From an uncultured Spirochaetota bacterium (lineage in GTDB: Bacteria; Spirochaetota; Spirochaetia; SZUA-6; Fen-1364): a stretch of DNA of 64,000 nucleotides. Positions within the stretch are counted from its first letter, which is position 1. Every line of letters starts with the position of its first letter. This document shows positions 1 to 9,349 of the stretch, piece after piece. The notes beneath the pieces were generated by a model. The model did no database searches and was not told the origin of the DNA. It worked only from the letters and a program-made list of their open reading frames with translations. A program made the position numbers and the translations under genes. The stretch spans positions 704,001-768,000 of the forward strand of contig CAVTHO010000008.1 in assembly GCA_963734545.1 (NCBI GenBank). Reading direction: 5' to 3'.

Positions 1-12
1 TACAATGCGCGC

Positions 13-795
13 ATGAAACGAAAGGTGCACAGGATCGCGGGGAGCCTCGCGGAGCGGCTGTCGAAGCTGGAAGGCGTGCAGGCCGTCCTCCTCGGGGACG
101 CCGCCGACATCGAAGTCTTCGATCCTTATTTCACGATCGACCTCGACGTCTATACGGCAGGAGCGCCTCCCGGCATGGAGGCGCGGAGCAGCCTCCTGCC
201 CGACATGCAGGCTTTCGAGACCTCGCCCGTTGCGGCGATCGACCGCTTCCTCGTGGAAGAGCTGCCTGCCAGCGTGCACTATGTGCGGTCCGCGGATGTG
301 GACAGGATGCTCCTGCGCATCGCGGAGCAGTCCTGGGTGTTCCATGAGCCCGGCACGAACGCGCTGTACAGAATCGAGCGCGGGGAAGTGCTCTTCAGCC
401 GGGACGGCTGGCTGCAGGAGGCGCGGTCCGTGCTCGCGCACGTGCCGCACCAGTTCTGGTGGCAGGCCAGGCTGCGCGCGTTCTCCCTCGCCGAACGCGC
501 CCTTTCCGACCTGGGCGCCGCCGCTCACAGGTCGGACGATCTTTTCTTCCTCGTCTCCGGCGCGCGCCTGATTCGCTGCGTGGCGAGTTTTCTGTTCGCC
601 GCGAACCGGCAGTTCGAGCCTTCGGACAGGATGCTGTCGGAACGGATTGCCGCGCTGCCCGTGCTGCCGGACGGCCTCACCGGTCAGATGGACAGTTTCA
701 TGAGGCCCATCGGGGAGCTCTCCCAGGACGCCCGCAGGGAGATCGCGGAGCACATCGTGCGCAGCCTCATGCCTCTGGCCGTGGAGGAGGGGTGA
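13..795 (+). CDS. Nucleotidyltransferase-fold protein (DUF4037-like)
   Basis: N-terminal 'VLLGD...DPYFTIDLDVY' resembles the Pol-beta NTase hG[GS]...DxD motif; helical C-terminus; TACAAT -10 lies 6 nt before the ATG. Confidence 0.55.
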   Translation: MKRKVHRIAGSLAERLSKLEGVQAVLLGDAADIEVFDPYFTIDLDVYTAGAPPGMEARSSLLPDMQAFETSPVAAIDRFLVEELPASVHYVRSADVDRMLLRIAEQSWVFHEPGTNALYRIERGEVLFSRDGWLQEARSVLAHVPHQFWWQARLRAFSLAERALSDLGAAAHRSDDLFFLVSGARLIRCVASFLFAANRQFEPSDRMLSERIAALPVLPDGLTGQMDSFMRPIGELSQDARREIAEHIVRSLMPLAVEEG

Positions 796-2426
796 AGAGG
801 GGGGCGCACGCCGGACTCCTGGCGGCCGTCGCTCTCCTGGTCCTTGGGTGCTCGGGGCGATTCGAAAGCTTCCCGTTCCAGACCTCGGAAGGCGTCTCGA
901 TCGATCTGAGGGAGTCTCCGCCCAGGGCGCGGGAACAGGAGTCACACTTTCAGCCGACCCCTGGCCATCTCGACTCGCCTGTCTACAGTCTCCGGACTCC
1001 CGGAGTGATTCCCGTCGAAAACCAGTCGTTCCAGCTCGCGTACACGAGCAGCATAGCGGATTGCACTCTCCGCATCTTCTCCGACCGCGCCACCGTGCTG
1101 AAGAGCGTCGCGCTCCCTCCCTCCAGCGGCACCCTGCTGCGTTTCCTCGTTCCCCTTGCAAAAGGGGACAGAATCTGGGGGTTCCAGGTTTCCGAGGGCC
1201 CCGCGGGCACCGCACGGGGATCGCTTGACCTCGCAGGAGCAGGCACCGCTCCGTTCGTGCACGGATTCGCGATCACAAGCGATGGATTGACGGTGGACGG
1301 ATCCGTGGCGGTTCTTGCCGCAGCGCCGGGCGCCGTGTCGGCCCGGATCTCCGAGGCCACGAGAAAGCAGATGATGCAGGGCACCTGGGTGATCTCCCTG
1401 GCGCTCGATCCGGATTCCGCGGGGGGAAGGATAGGCTTTTCGTCCGCTGGCGGAAAGACCGCGAGTTTCAGCATAAGCCCCACGGCCGGACTCTCCCGGC
1501 TGGTCTTTGCGCAGGGATCGGTCGAATTCGTTCCCCGCGACGTGACCTTCGAGGGTTCTCTTCAGAGCCTGACGATCTCTCAGCTCCGCGCGGACGCCCC
1601 GATTCCCGCGGATCCAGGGGCTATCCTCACCTGGGATCGAGCCTCCTGGCGCAGGACGGACTTCGAAGTGTTCTCCTGGGATCGATTCCCGAGCGTCCTG
1701 ATCTTCGATACGGCGAGCTACGCGGTGCAGGACGACCTGTTCAACAGGCTTGCCTTTTTCGTCGAAAAGGCCGGGTACACCGGCGCCATCGAGAGCCCCG
1801 CTTCCCTGAGAGGAATCCACGGTTACAATGCGCACGACTACAGGGCCGACGACCTTGCCCGATTTTTCGATGCCGCTGCGAAGCAGGGCATCAGGTTGAC
1901 ACCGGGAGAGGAAGAGCTGGCCCGGCTCCTGGTGCAGAACGCGATTCTCAGGAAGACGGATGCCGGCTTTACCGCCGGAGAGGGATCGGTGATCTCCATC
2001 TCCCGAAGTTCTGCGCCGGTCCTTCGTAACCTCCTGATCACTCACGAATGCTTTCACGGCGCTTTTTTCACGCTTCCCGGGTTCCGCAGTGCAGTGCAGA
2101 GCGAGTGGGCCTCCCTCTCAGCTGTGGAAAAGCAGGTCTGGCTCGGTTTTCTGGCTTCCCGGGGCTACGACACCAGCGACAGCTACCTCGTGGTGAACGA
2201 ATTCCAGAGCTACCTCCTCCAGCAGGAGCGAAAAGCGGTCCCCGGTTTCCAGGCTCTCACCCTTTCCCGCATGCGCGCCGGGTCCGCCCGGGGGGCCGGC
2301 CTGGCGGCACGGCTCCTTGCCGAGCATCCCGATTCCTTCCTCAGATCATTCGACGTGCTCGACCAGGCCCTGCAATCCGAGGGAGGGCCTCCGGGAGGCG
2401 ATGCGATCGCTGTCAGGAGGGAATAA
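792..2426 (+). CDS. Putative lipoprotein with HExxH zinc-metallopeptidase-like motif
   Basis: GTG at 792 overlaps the upstream TGA; signal/lipobox 'LLAAVALLVLGC'; 'THECFHG' followed by downstream 'NEFQSY'. Confidence 0.55.
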   Translation: MKRGAHAGLLAAVALLVLGCSGRFESFPFQTSEGVSIDLRESPPRAREQESHFQPTPGHLDSPVYSLRTPGVIPVENQSFQLAYTSSIADCTLRIFSDRATVLKSVALPPSSGTLLRFLVPLAKGDRIWGFQVSEGPAGTARGSLDLAGAGTAPFVHGFAITSDGLTVDGSVAVLAAAPGAVSARISEATRKQMMQGTWVISLALDPDSAGGRIGFSSAGGKTASFSISPTAGLSRLVFAQGSVEFVPRDVTFEGSLQSLTISQLRADAPIPADPGAILTWDRASWRRTDFEVFSWDRFPSVLIFDTASYAVQDDLFNRLAFFVEKAGYTGAIESPASLRGIHGYNAHDYRADDLARFFDAAAKQGIRLTPGEEELARLLVQNAILRKTDAGFTAGEGSVISISRSSAPVLRNLLITHECFHGAFFTLPGFRSAVQSEWASLSAVEKQVWLGFLASRGYDTSDSYLVVNEFQSYLLQQERKAVPGFQALTLSRMRAGSARGAGLAARLLAEHPDSFLRSFDVLDQALQSEGGPPGGDAIAVRRE

Positions 2427-2506
2427 ATATTTTTCCACTTGCCTTATCGGAGCCGTTTCCGTTACACTAGTTATTCGTCTCGTCGAATTTCCAGGGGAGG
2501 GGAACT

Positions 2507-5500
2507 ATGGAGATCCAGAGGCGCTTCACCCGATCCGGGGAAAGCCCATATTCCGATATAGCCTTTGAAACGCGAACGTCCGAGATTCGCAATCCTGACG
2601 GAAAGGTCATATTCCGCCAGGAGAATGTCGTCGTTCCCTCGTTCTGGTCGCAGATAGCGACCGATATCCTTGCCCAGAAATACTTCCGCAAACGAGGCGT
2701 GCCCCGCCCGGACGGCACCACGGGCGGGGAGACGGACGCGCGCCAGGTGTTCCACAGGCTCGCGTTCACATGGACGGACTGGGGAAGGAGATACAAGTAC
2801 TTCACCACGGAGGAAGACGCCCAGGCTTTCTACGACGAGATGTGCTGCATGCTCGCCCGGCAGATGGGCTCGCCCAACTCGCCCGCAATGGTTCAATACC
2901 GGCCTGTTCGCCGTCTATGGGATGAAAGGCCCGGCCCAGGGCCACTACTTCGTGAATCCCGACACGGCTGAAGTGGAGAAGGCCACCAGCGCGTACGAGC
3001 GGCCGCAACCGCACGCGTGTCAGCCCTTCCACGCTCCCGTCTCGACACCATTCGGTCCGGTCGCGATCGGCTCTATCGTCGAAGGCGGTCTCGTCGGCCT
3101 TGAGGTATTCGACGGAACGCACGGTGGGCGAGGCACGACCAGGGTAGTTGCGGTTGCTGAAAATGGCGTCAAGCCGGTCTTCCGGGTCATTTTGAAAAAC
3201 GGTGCAGCCCTCGAGGCCACGGGCGATCATCTTGTGCTCGCATCCCATGGGCGTCGTGAGGAACCGCGCTGGGTCCCAGTGGAGGAGCTTTCCGCCGGAA
3301 TGCGGTTGCGAATGGCCACCGCAAGCGAAGTGAGGGATCAGGAGGAAGCAGACCAGGGTCGTTCGGACGAAGCCGCCCTCGTCGGGTGGCTTCACGGGGA
3401 CGGTTTTGTCGGACAATACGAGTCATCTACCAACCGCAGCCTGTACGGTGAGCCTCTCCGCGGATTCGTCGATCGCCATCATCTGCTGGATTCTCCAGCA
3501 GAACGAACCCTTCGAGAGGAGACTATTCTTCGCCTCGAGTTCGCCGGGCTGCAGCAGGTCTATGACATCCAGACCCTGAGCGGCCAATACCTTTCGAACA
3601 ACATCGTCGTGCACAACTGTTTCATCCTCTCCATCGAGGACGACCTGGTGAACGAGGGCGGGATCATGGACCTCATCACCCGGGAGGCGCGCCTGTTCAA
3701 GTACGGCTCGGGCACGGGGACCAACTACTCGAAGCTCGCGCCTCCAGCGAGCCGCTGTCGCGGCGGAGGTGTGTCCTCGGGACTCCTGTCGTTCCTCAAG
3801 GTGAGCGACCGCTCGGCCTCCTCGATCAAGAGCGGCGGCACCACGCGCCGCGCGGCCCGCATGGTGACCCTGGACGCGGATCACCCCGACGTCTTCCGCT
3901 ACATCGACTGGAAGGCCGAGGAGGAGCGAAAGGTCGCCGCCATGGTCACCGGCAGCAAGATCCTGCAGCCGGCACACGAAGCGCATCCTGGAAGCCTGCC
4001 GGCATCATCCCGAGAACGGCGGGAGCGCGGACGGGGCCGCGGACCTCGATCCCCGCAAGAACAAGGAACTGGAGCGCGCCGTACGCGAGGCCCTCCAGGA
4101 CGAGGTGCCCGCCTCCTGGGTGCACCAGGTGATCCAGCTCGCCGAGCAGGGCGTCTGGGACTTCGAGCCGGAGGAGTACACGACGGACTGGGACAGCGAG
4201 GCGTACAACACGGTGAGCGGCCAGTCGTCCAACAACTCGCTGCGCCTCACCGACACCTTCATGCAGGCGGTGCTGGACGACGGCTGGTGGGAGCTGGTCA
4301 ACCGCACGGACAGCAAGACCCGCCAGAAGGTGAAGGCGCGGGAGATCTGGGAGCGGATCGCCACCGCCGCGTGGCTGTGCGCGGACCCCGGGCTGCAGTT
4401 CCACACCACGATCAACGACTGGCACACCTGTCCCGCAGGACGGCGAGATCCGCGCGTCCAATCCCTGCTCCGAGTACATGTTCCTCGACGACACGGCGTG
4501 CAACCTCGCCTCGCTCAACCTCATGACCTTCTACGACGACGGAGACGGGGGAGATCCGCATCGACGAGCTGCGCCACGCCATCCGGCTCTGGACCATCGT
4601 GCTGGAGATCAGCGTGCTCATGGCCCAGTTCCCCGCGCCAGGAGATCGCGCGCAAGAGCTACGACTTCCGCACCCTCGGGCTCGGGCTACGCCAACCTCG
4701 GCACCCTGCTCATGGTCATGGGCATCCCGTACGACAGCGCGGAAGGCCGGGCCATCGCGGCCGCCATCTCCGCCATCCTCTCCGCGGAGGCATACGCCAC
4801 CTCGGCGGAGATGGCCTCCGAGCTGGGACCCTTCCCGCGGTTCACGGCGAACCGGGACGACATGCTGCGCGTCATCCGCAACCACGGCCGGGCCGCCTAC
4901 GGCGCGGCCCCGGAGGAATACGAGGGCCTCTCCGTGATCCCGCAGCCCATCGATGCGCTGTTCTGCCCGCCGGACCTGATGGCCGCGGCGCGCCGGGCAT
5001 GGGACCGGGCGCTCGCCCTGGGGGAGAAGTACGGCTATCGCAACGCGCAGGTCACCGCCATCGCGCCCACGGGCACGATCGGCCTCGTCATGGACTGCGA
5101 CACGACGGGCGTGGAGCCGGACTTCAGCCTCGTGAAGTTCAAGAAGCTCGCCGGCGGCGGGTACTTCAAGATCATCAACTCCTCCCTGCCTCCCGCGCTC
5201 CGCAGGCTCGGCTACACGGAGGAGCAGATCGAGGACATCGTGCGCTACTGCCTCGGCCACGGCACCCTGGACGGCGCCCCCGGTGTCTCCTTCGAGAAGG
5301 CTGCGGCACAAAGGGATTCACCGATGAGGCCATCGAGAAGGTGAACGGCTCCCTGGCCAACGCGTTCTCCACCGCTTTCTCCTTCACGCCCCACGTCCTG
5401 GGAAAGGAGTTCCTCTGCCGACACGCTGGGCATTCCCGGAAACCGACCTATCTCCCAGACCGGCTTCAACCTGCTCTCCCACCTCGGCTTCACCGCAGCG

Positions 5501-6515
5501 GAGATCGAAGCGGCGGACCTGTACGCGTGCGGCACCATGACCATCGAGGGCGCCCCGCACCTGAAGCCCGAGCACTACGCGGTCTTCGACACCGCCTCTC
5601 CCAACGGAAAGATCGGCAAGCGCTCCATCCCTGGAAAGCCCACATCGAGATGATGGCCGCGGTGCAGCCGTTCATCTCCGGGGCCATCTCCAAGACCATC
5701 AACATGCCGTCCTCCGCCACCATCGACGACATCAAGGGCGCCTACCTTCTGTCGTGGAGGAAGATGCTCAAGTCCATCGCCCTGTACCGGGACGGGTCCA
5801 AGCTGAGCCAGCCGCTGTCCTCCCTCATGCCGGGCTCGGACGCCGCGGCGGCCGCCGTGCTCGCCATCGCGAAGGACACCGGGGACGAGGGTATCGGCCT
5901 GGCGCTGTCCCCGACGGCGCGCGGCAAGAAGCGCAACCCGCTGCCGGCCAAGCGCTTCGGCTACACGCAGAAGGCGAAGATCGGCGGCCACAGCATCTTC
6001 CTGCGCACCGGCCAGTACGAGGACGGGACCGCTGGGGGAGATCTTCCTCGACATGCACAAGGAGGGCGCGGCCTTCCGCTCCCTGCTCAACAGCTTCGCC
6101 ATCGCCGTCTCCCTGGGCCTGCAGTACGGCGTGCCCCTGGAGGAGTACGTGGACGCGTTCACCTTCACGCGCTTCGAGCCCAACGGCATGGTGAGCGGCC
6201 ACGACCACATCAAGATGACCACCTCGGTGCTGGACTTCATCTTCCGGGACCTCGCACTCGCGTACCTGGGCAGGACCGACCTCGTGCAGGTGAAGCCGGA
6301 CGATCTGATCGCCACTTCCATGAACAGGAACGGAAGCGCCGCACCACGAGAACAACGGCCACGGCGAAGTGGCGGCGCTGGACAACGAGGTGCACGTGGC
6401 AAAGATGAAGGGCTACGAGGGGGATCCCTGCCCCGTCTGCGGCCACTTCACCCTCGTGCGCAGCGGCACCTGCATGCGCTGCGACACCTGCGGATCCACG
6501 ACGGGCTGCAGCTAG
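2507..6515 (+). CDS. nrdJ: Adenosylcobalamin-dependent (class II) ribonucleotide reductase, intein-containing, with multiple frameshifts
   Basis: Motifs across frames: '[16 protein letters not shown]', 'QWFNTGL', 'PQPHA^CFI', '[12 protein letters not shown]', '[21 protein letters not shown]', '[21 protein letters not shown]', '[15 protein letters not shown]', '[10 protein letters not shown]', C-terminal Zn ribbon 'CPVC...[11 protein letters not shown]'. Confidence 0.95.
3018..3617 (+). mobile_element. Intein (200 aa) with degenerate LAGLIDADG homing-endonuclease remnant
   Basis: In-frame insert between PQPHA and CFILS; Cys1 'CQPFHAPV', block B 'ATGDHLV', block F 'VYDIQT', block G '[10 protein letters not shown]' followed by +1 Cys; remnant '[11 protein letters not shown]'. 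Confidence 0.93.
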
Positions 6516-6622
6516 AATACCGGGAGGCGCTGCGGCCGGTCTGGGCCCGCCGCGGCATCTCGCAGGGTCCCGGTCTGCCCTGCGCTTGCGCGGCCAGCCC
6601 TGTTTGGTTATCTTGTCACTCG

Positions 6623-7908
6623 ATGGCCGAGACGAACGCTCCCGCGCTGGGCCTTCGCAAGCCGCGGCTTGTGAACCGTATCTTCTACAGGCTCATGACC
6701 GGCCTCCTCCGAGGGTTCATCACGCGCTATTTCCAGCTGCACCCGGTGGACGTGCGGACGGTCCCTCGGTCGGGGGCAGGAATCATCCTCGCCAACCACA
6801 CGAACCTTTTCGATCCTATCTGGGTCTACGCCCTGTTGCGGAGGCCCGTCTACTTCGCGGCCACGGAAGACCTCTTTCGCATCCGCGCGCTGGGAATGAT
6901 CATCCGGTGGTTCGGCGCATTCCCCAAGCGCAAGGCCGCTTCCGACCTTGCCGCGCTGCGCTCGATTTTTGCCATCGCGGCAAAGGGCGGCCTCATCGGG
7001 GTATTTCCCGAGGGGGTGCGCACGTGGGACGGGACCAACCTGCCGCTGTACTACGGCATCGCCAAGCTCATCAGGAAGCTGGCGGTACCTGTCTATGTCT
7101 GCCGTTTTGAAGGCGCTTATCTCGCCTACCCGCGCTGGGCCCGCAAGCTGCGACACGTGCCTGTGCGGTGCGTGTTTTCGCTCCTGTACGATCCCGCGGA
7201 GAATGCCTCCGGGCGCGGGCAATTCCCCGCAGCGACGACCGGATCCTTGCTGACATCGCGGAAGCAATAAAAACAAATGACTTCGATCTCCCTGTCGATT
7301 CTTCACGCAACCACCAGAAGGGGCTCGCCGTCAATATCACGCGGGTGCTGTACCGATGTCCCACCTGCGGCACGCAGGAGGGGCTGAAGCTCGTGCGGCC
7401 GTTCAGCACGAACATGATCGAATGCTCGAGCTGTTTTTCCACGTGGGTAGTCGACATCGGCTGCCGGCTTGCCCTGGTGGACGAGAATGGCCGGGCCGAA
7501 GGCGGGTGGACGCCGCTGCCCGAGTATTACCACAAGATCCGCTGCATGCCGCTGAACCCCATCCGGAGCGAGGTACGTCTCGGGCTTTCCGCGGACGAGC
7601 AGATCTACCTGATCTCCCGTCCGCGTTTCCTCTTCATCCAGGAGAAGTTCCCCAATCTCCGGGTTTTCGCATTTGGCCGCGCATTCCTGACGAGCCGACG
7701 GCTGGTATTCCGCACCCGGATCGGCATCCCCCTTGCCGCGCCGCTGCGCACCATTGCGGCGCTGTCGGTTGACCCGGGGGACAAGCTGCATTTCACCTGC
7801 GGCGGCAAGCTCTACCGCATTCCCTTCCGCAACGAAAGCGCGCTCAAGTGGTACGACACGATTCACAGGCTCCAGGACGAGGAGAAAAGCAGGGTGGCGG
7901 TCGGGTGA
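6623..7908 (+). CDS. 1-acyl-sn-glycerol-3-phosphate acyltransferase family protein, long form (frameshift near 7200-7220)
   Basis: 'ANHTNLFD' (HX4D) and 'FPEGVR' motifs; C-terminal part with CPTC...CSSC lies in a second frame. Confidence 0.8.
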
Positions 7909-8498
7909 GCCTGTCCCCGTTCCGCCGGCTCGTGCTCTCCCGCTCCAGCGTCCGCCACTATGAGGAGCGCGGCATTGCGGATGCCGACATTCTCGCCATT
8001 GTCGAGGCGGCGCGCCGGGCTCCTTCCGCGGAGAATGCGCAGCCGTGGAAGTTCGTTGCGGTGAAGAGTCCCGCGGCACGCGAAGCGCTTTCCCGCGCGT
8101 GCTTCTCCGGGATCTTCTCTCCCACGCGGTTTGCGGCCCGTGCTCCGCTCCTCATCGCGCTGTGCGCGGAGAGAGCGGGCCTCATCGAGGCGGGCAAGTC
8201 AATCAAGGATCGGGCCATGTACCAGCTCGACTGCGGAATCGCGGGAGAACACCTTGTCCTGCAGGCCGCCGAGCTCGGTCTGGGGACGTGCTGGATCGGC
8301 TGGTTCAACCGCCGCGCGGCGCGAAGGGCGCTGGGAGCGCCCTGGCACGTGCAGGTAGTGTCCCTGATCGCGGTCGGGTATCCCCGGGCCGGCGCATCGC
8401 CGCAGCCGAGGACGCGCAATGCTCTTCACTCGATGCTGTGGCTGGACGCATGGGGAAGAGTCTTTCCGGGCGCCGAGTCTTACGACGTCGAGAAGTAG
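7905..8498 (+). CDS. Nitroreductase family protein
   Basis: 'RSSVRHY', 'APSAENAQPWKF', 'LGLGTCWIG', 'IAVGYP'. Confidence 0.9.
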   Translation: MSLSPFRRLVLSRSSVRHYEERGIADADILAIVEAARRAPSAENAQPWKFVAVKSPAAREALSRACFSGIFSPTRFAARAPLLIALCAERAGLIEAGKSIKDRAMYQLDCGIAGEHLVLQAAELGLGTCWIGWFNRRAARRALGAPWHVQVVSLIAVGYPRAGASPQPRTRNALHSMLWLDAWGRVFPGAESYDVEK

Positions 8499-9229
8499 CT
8501 GACAGTGTTTCCGTCAGGGTCTGTGCCGGTTTCGGGATTGAACATGTCCAGGATCCTGCGACCTTCCGCGAAGAAGAAATACCAGTGCTCTCCCGGAGGG
8601 ACACGCAGGGTGATACGGTACGTGCCCGGGGCTGTTTCCATCAGGGTGTCGACAAAAGGGTCCCAGAAGTTGAAGTCTCCCGCGATGGACACGCGCCTGC
8701 CGGGCGCTCCGCGGAAAATGAAGGTGATTCCACCGTCGATTTCCCTCCGCGGATTGAGTATCAATCGGGCCGGCTCTTTCTCCAGCGTAAACACCGAGAC
8801 CTCGTTTCCCACTGCGTCGGTGTCGACCCGCGGGTTGGTCGGGTCTGCCATCCAGAGCCCGTCGACGACTATCTTGTAGCGGATCTCCCGCACGCCTTCC
8901 GGCACCGGGTAGTCAAGGACGAACACGCCGTTCTCGTTCACCGCGTAGGGGTGGAGGACTTTCCAGGATTCGTGCGCGAACCGCACACCCACGAATCGGG
9001 TCGGCGTGCCCGGCTTGAGCGTGAGGAGAAGCACGTCCTCCACCATGCGCGGCGCCTGGGCGGCGGCGAGAGTCCTTACCGCGATATCCAGGGTCTGGGA
9101 GTTCACTCCGAATGCGGGGCCGGCGCAGATGAGCAGGCTCGCCCACGCGGCGCAGCCGACGAGGAACCGCCCTTTCCTGCAAGGGCGTTTTGCCCGGACG
9201 AGCGCCGGGGTCCTCGATTCGTTGCGCAT
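8480..9229 (-). CDS. Glycogen-binding (CBM48/AMPK-beta-like) domain protein
   Basis: Two CBM48-like units 'YKIVVDGLWMADPTNP' and 'VSIAGDFNFWDP...YFFFAEG'; N-terminal hydrophobic segment; start uncertain. Confidence 0.75.
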   Translation of the reverse strand: MRNESRTPALVRAKRPCRKGRFLVGCAAWASLLICAGPAFGVNSQTLDIAVRTLAAAQAPRMVEDVLLLTLKPGTPTRFVGVRFAHESWKVLHPYAVNENGVFVLDYPVPEGVREIRYKIVVDGLWMADPTNPRVDTDAVGNEVSVFTLEKEPARLILNPRREIDGGITFIFRGAPGRRVSIAGDFNFWDPFVDTLMETAPGTYRITLRVPPGEHWYFFFAEGRRILDMFNPETGTDPDGNTVSYFSTS

Positions 9230-9349
9230 ACCTTCGCTCTTCACTGTGGACGTCCTGATGCTTTTGCTTATAATAGGTTTCGGCCGGAATGGCGGGACGC
9301 TTGAGTCATGGTGCGTCCCCGTCCTACCGACATTTGATGCAGGAGAGGC

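Noticed and set aside
2427-2506. Cobalamin riboswitch or NrdR box upstream of nrdJ
   Set aside because: 80 bp is too short for a B12 element; ACACTAGTTATTCGT only weakly resembles a single NrdR box
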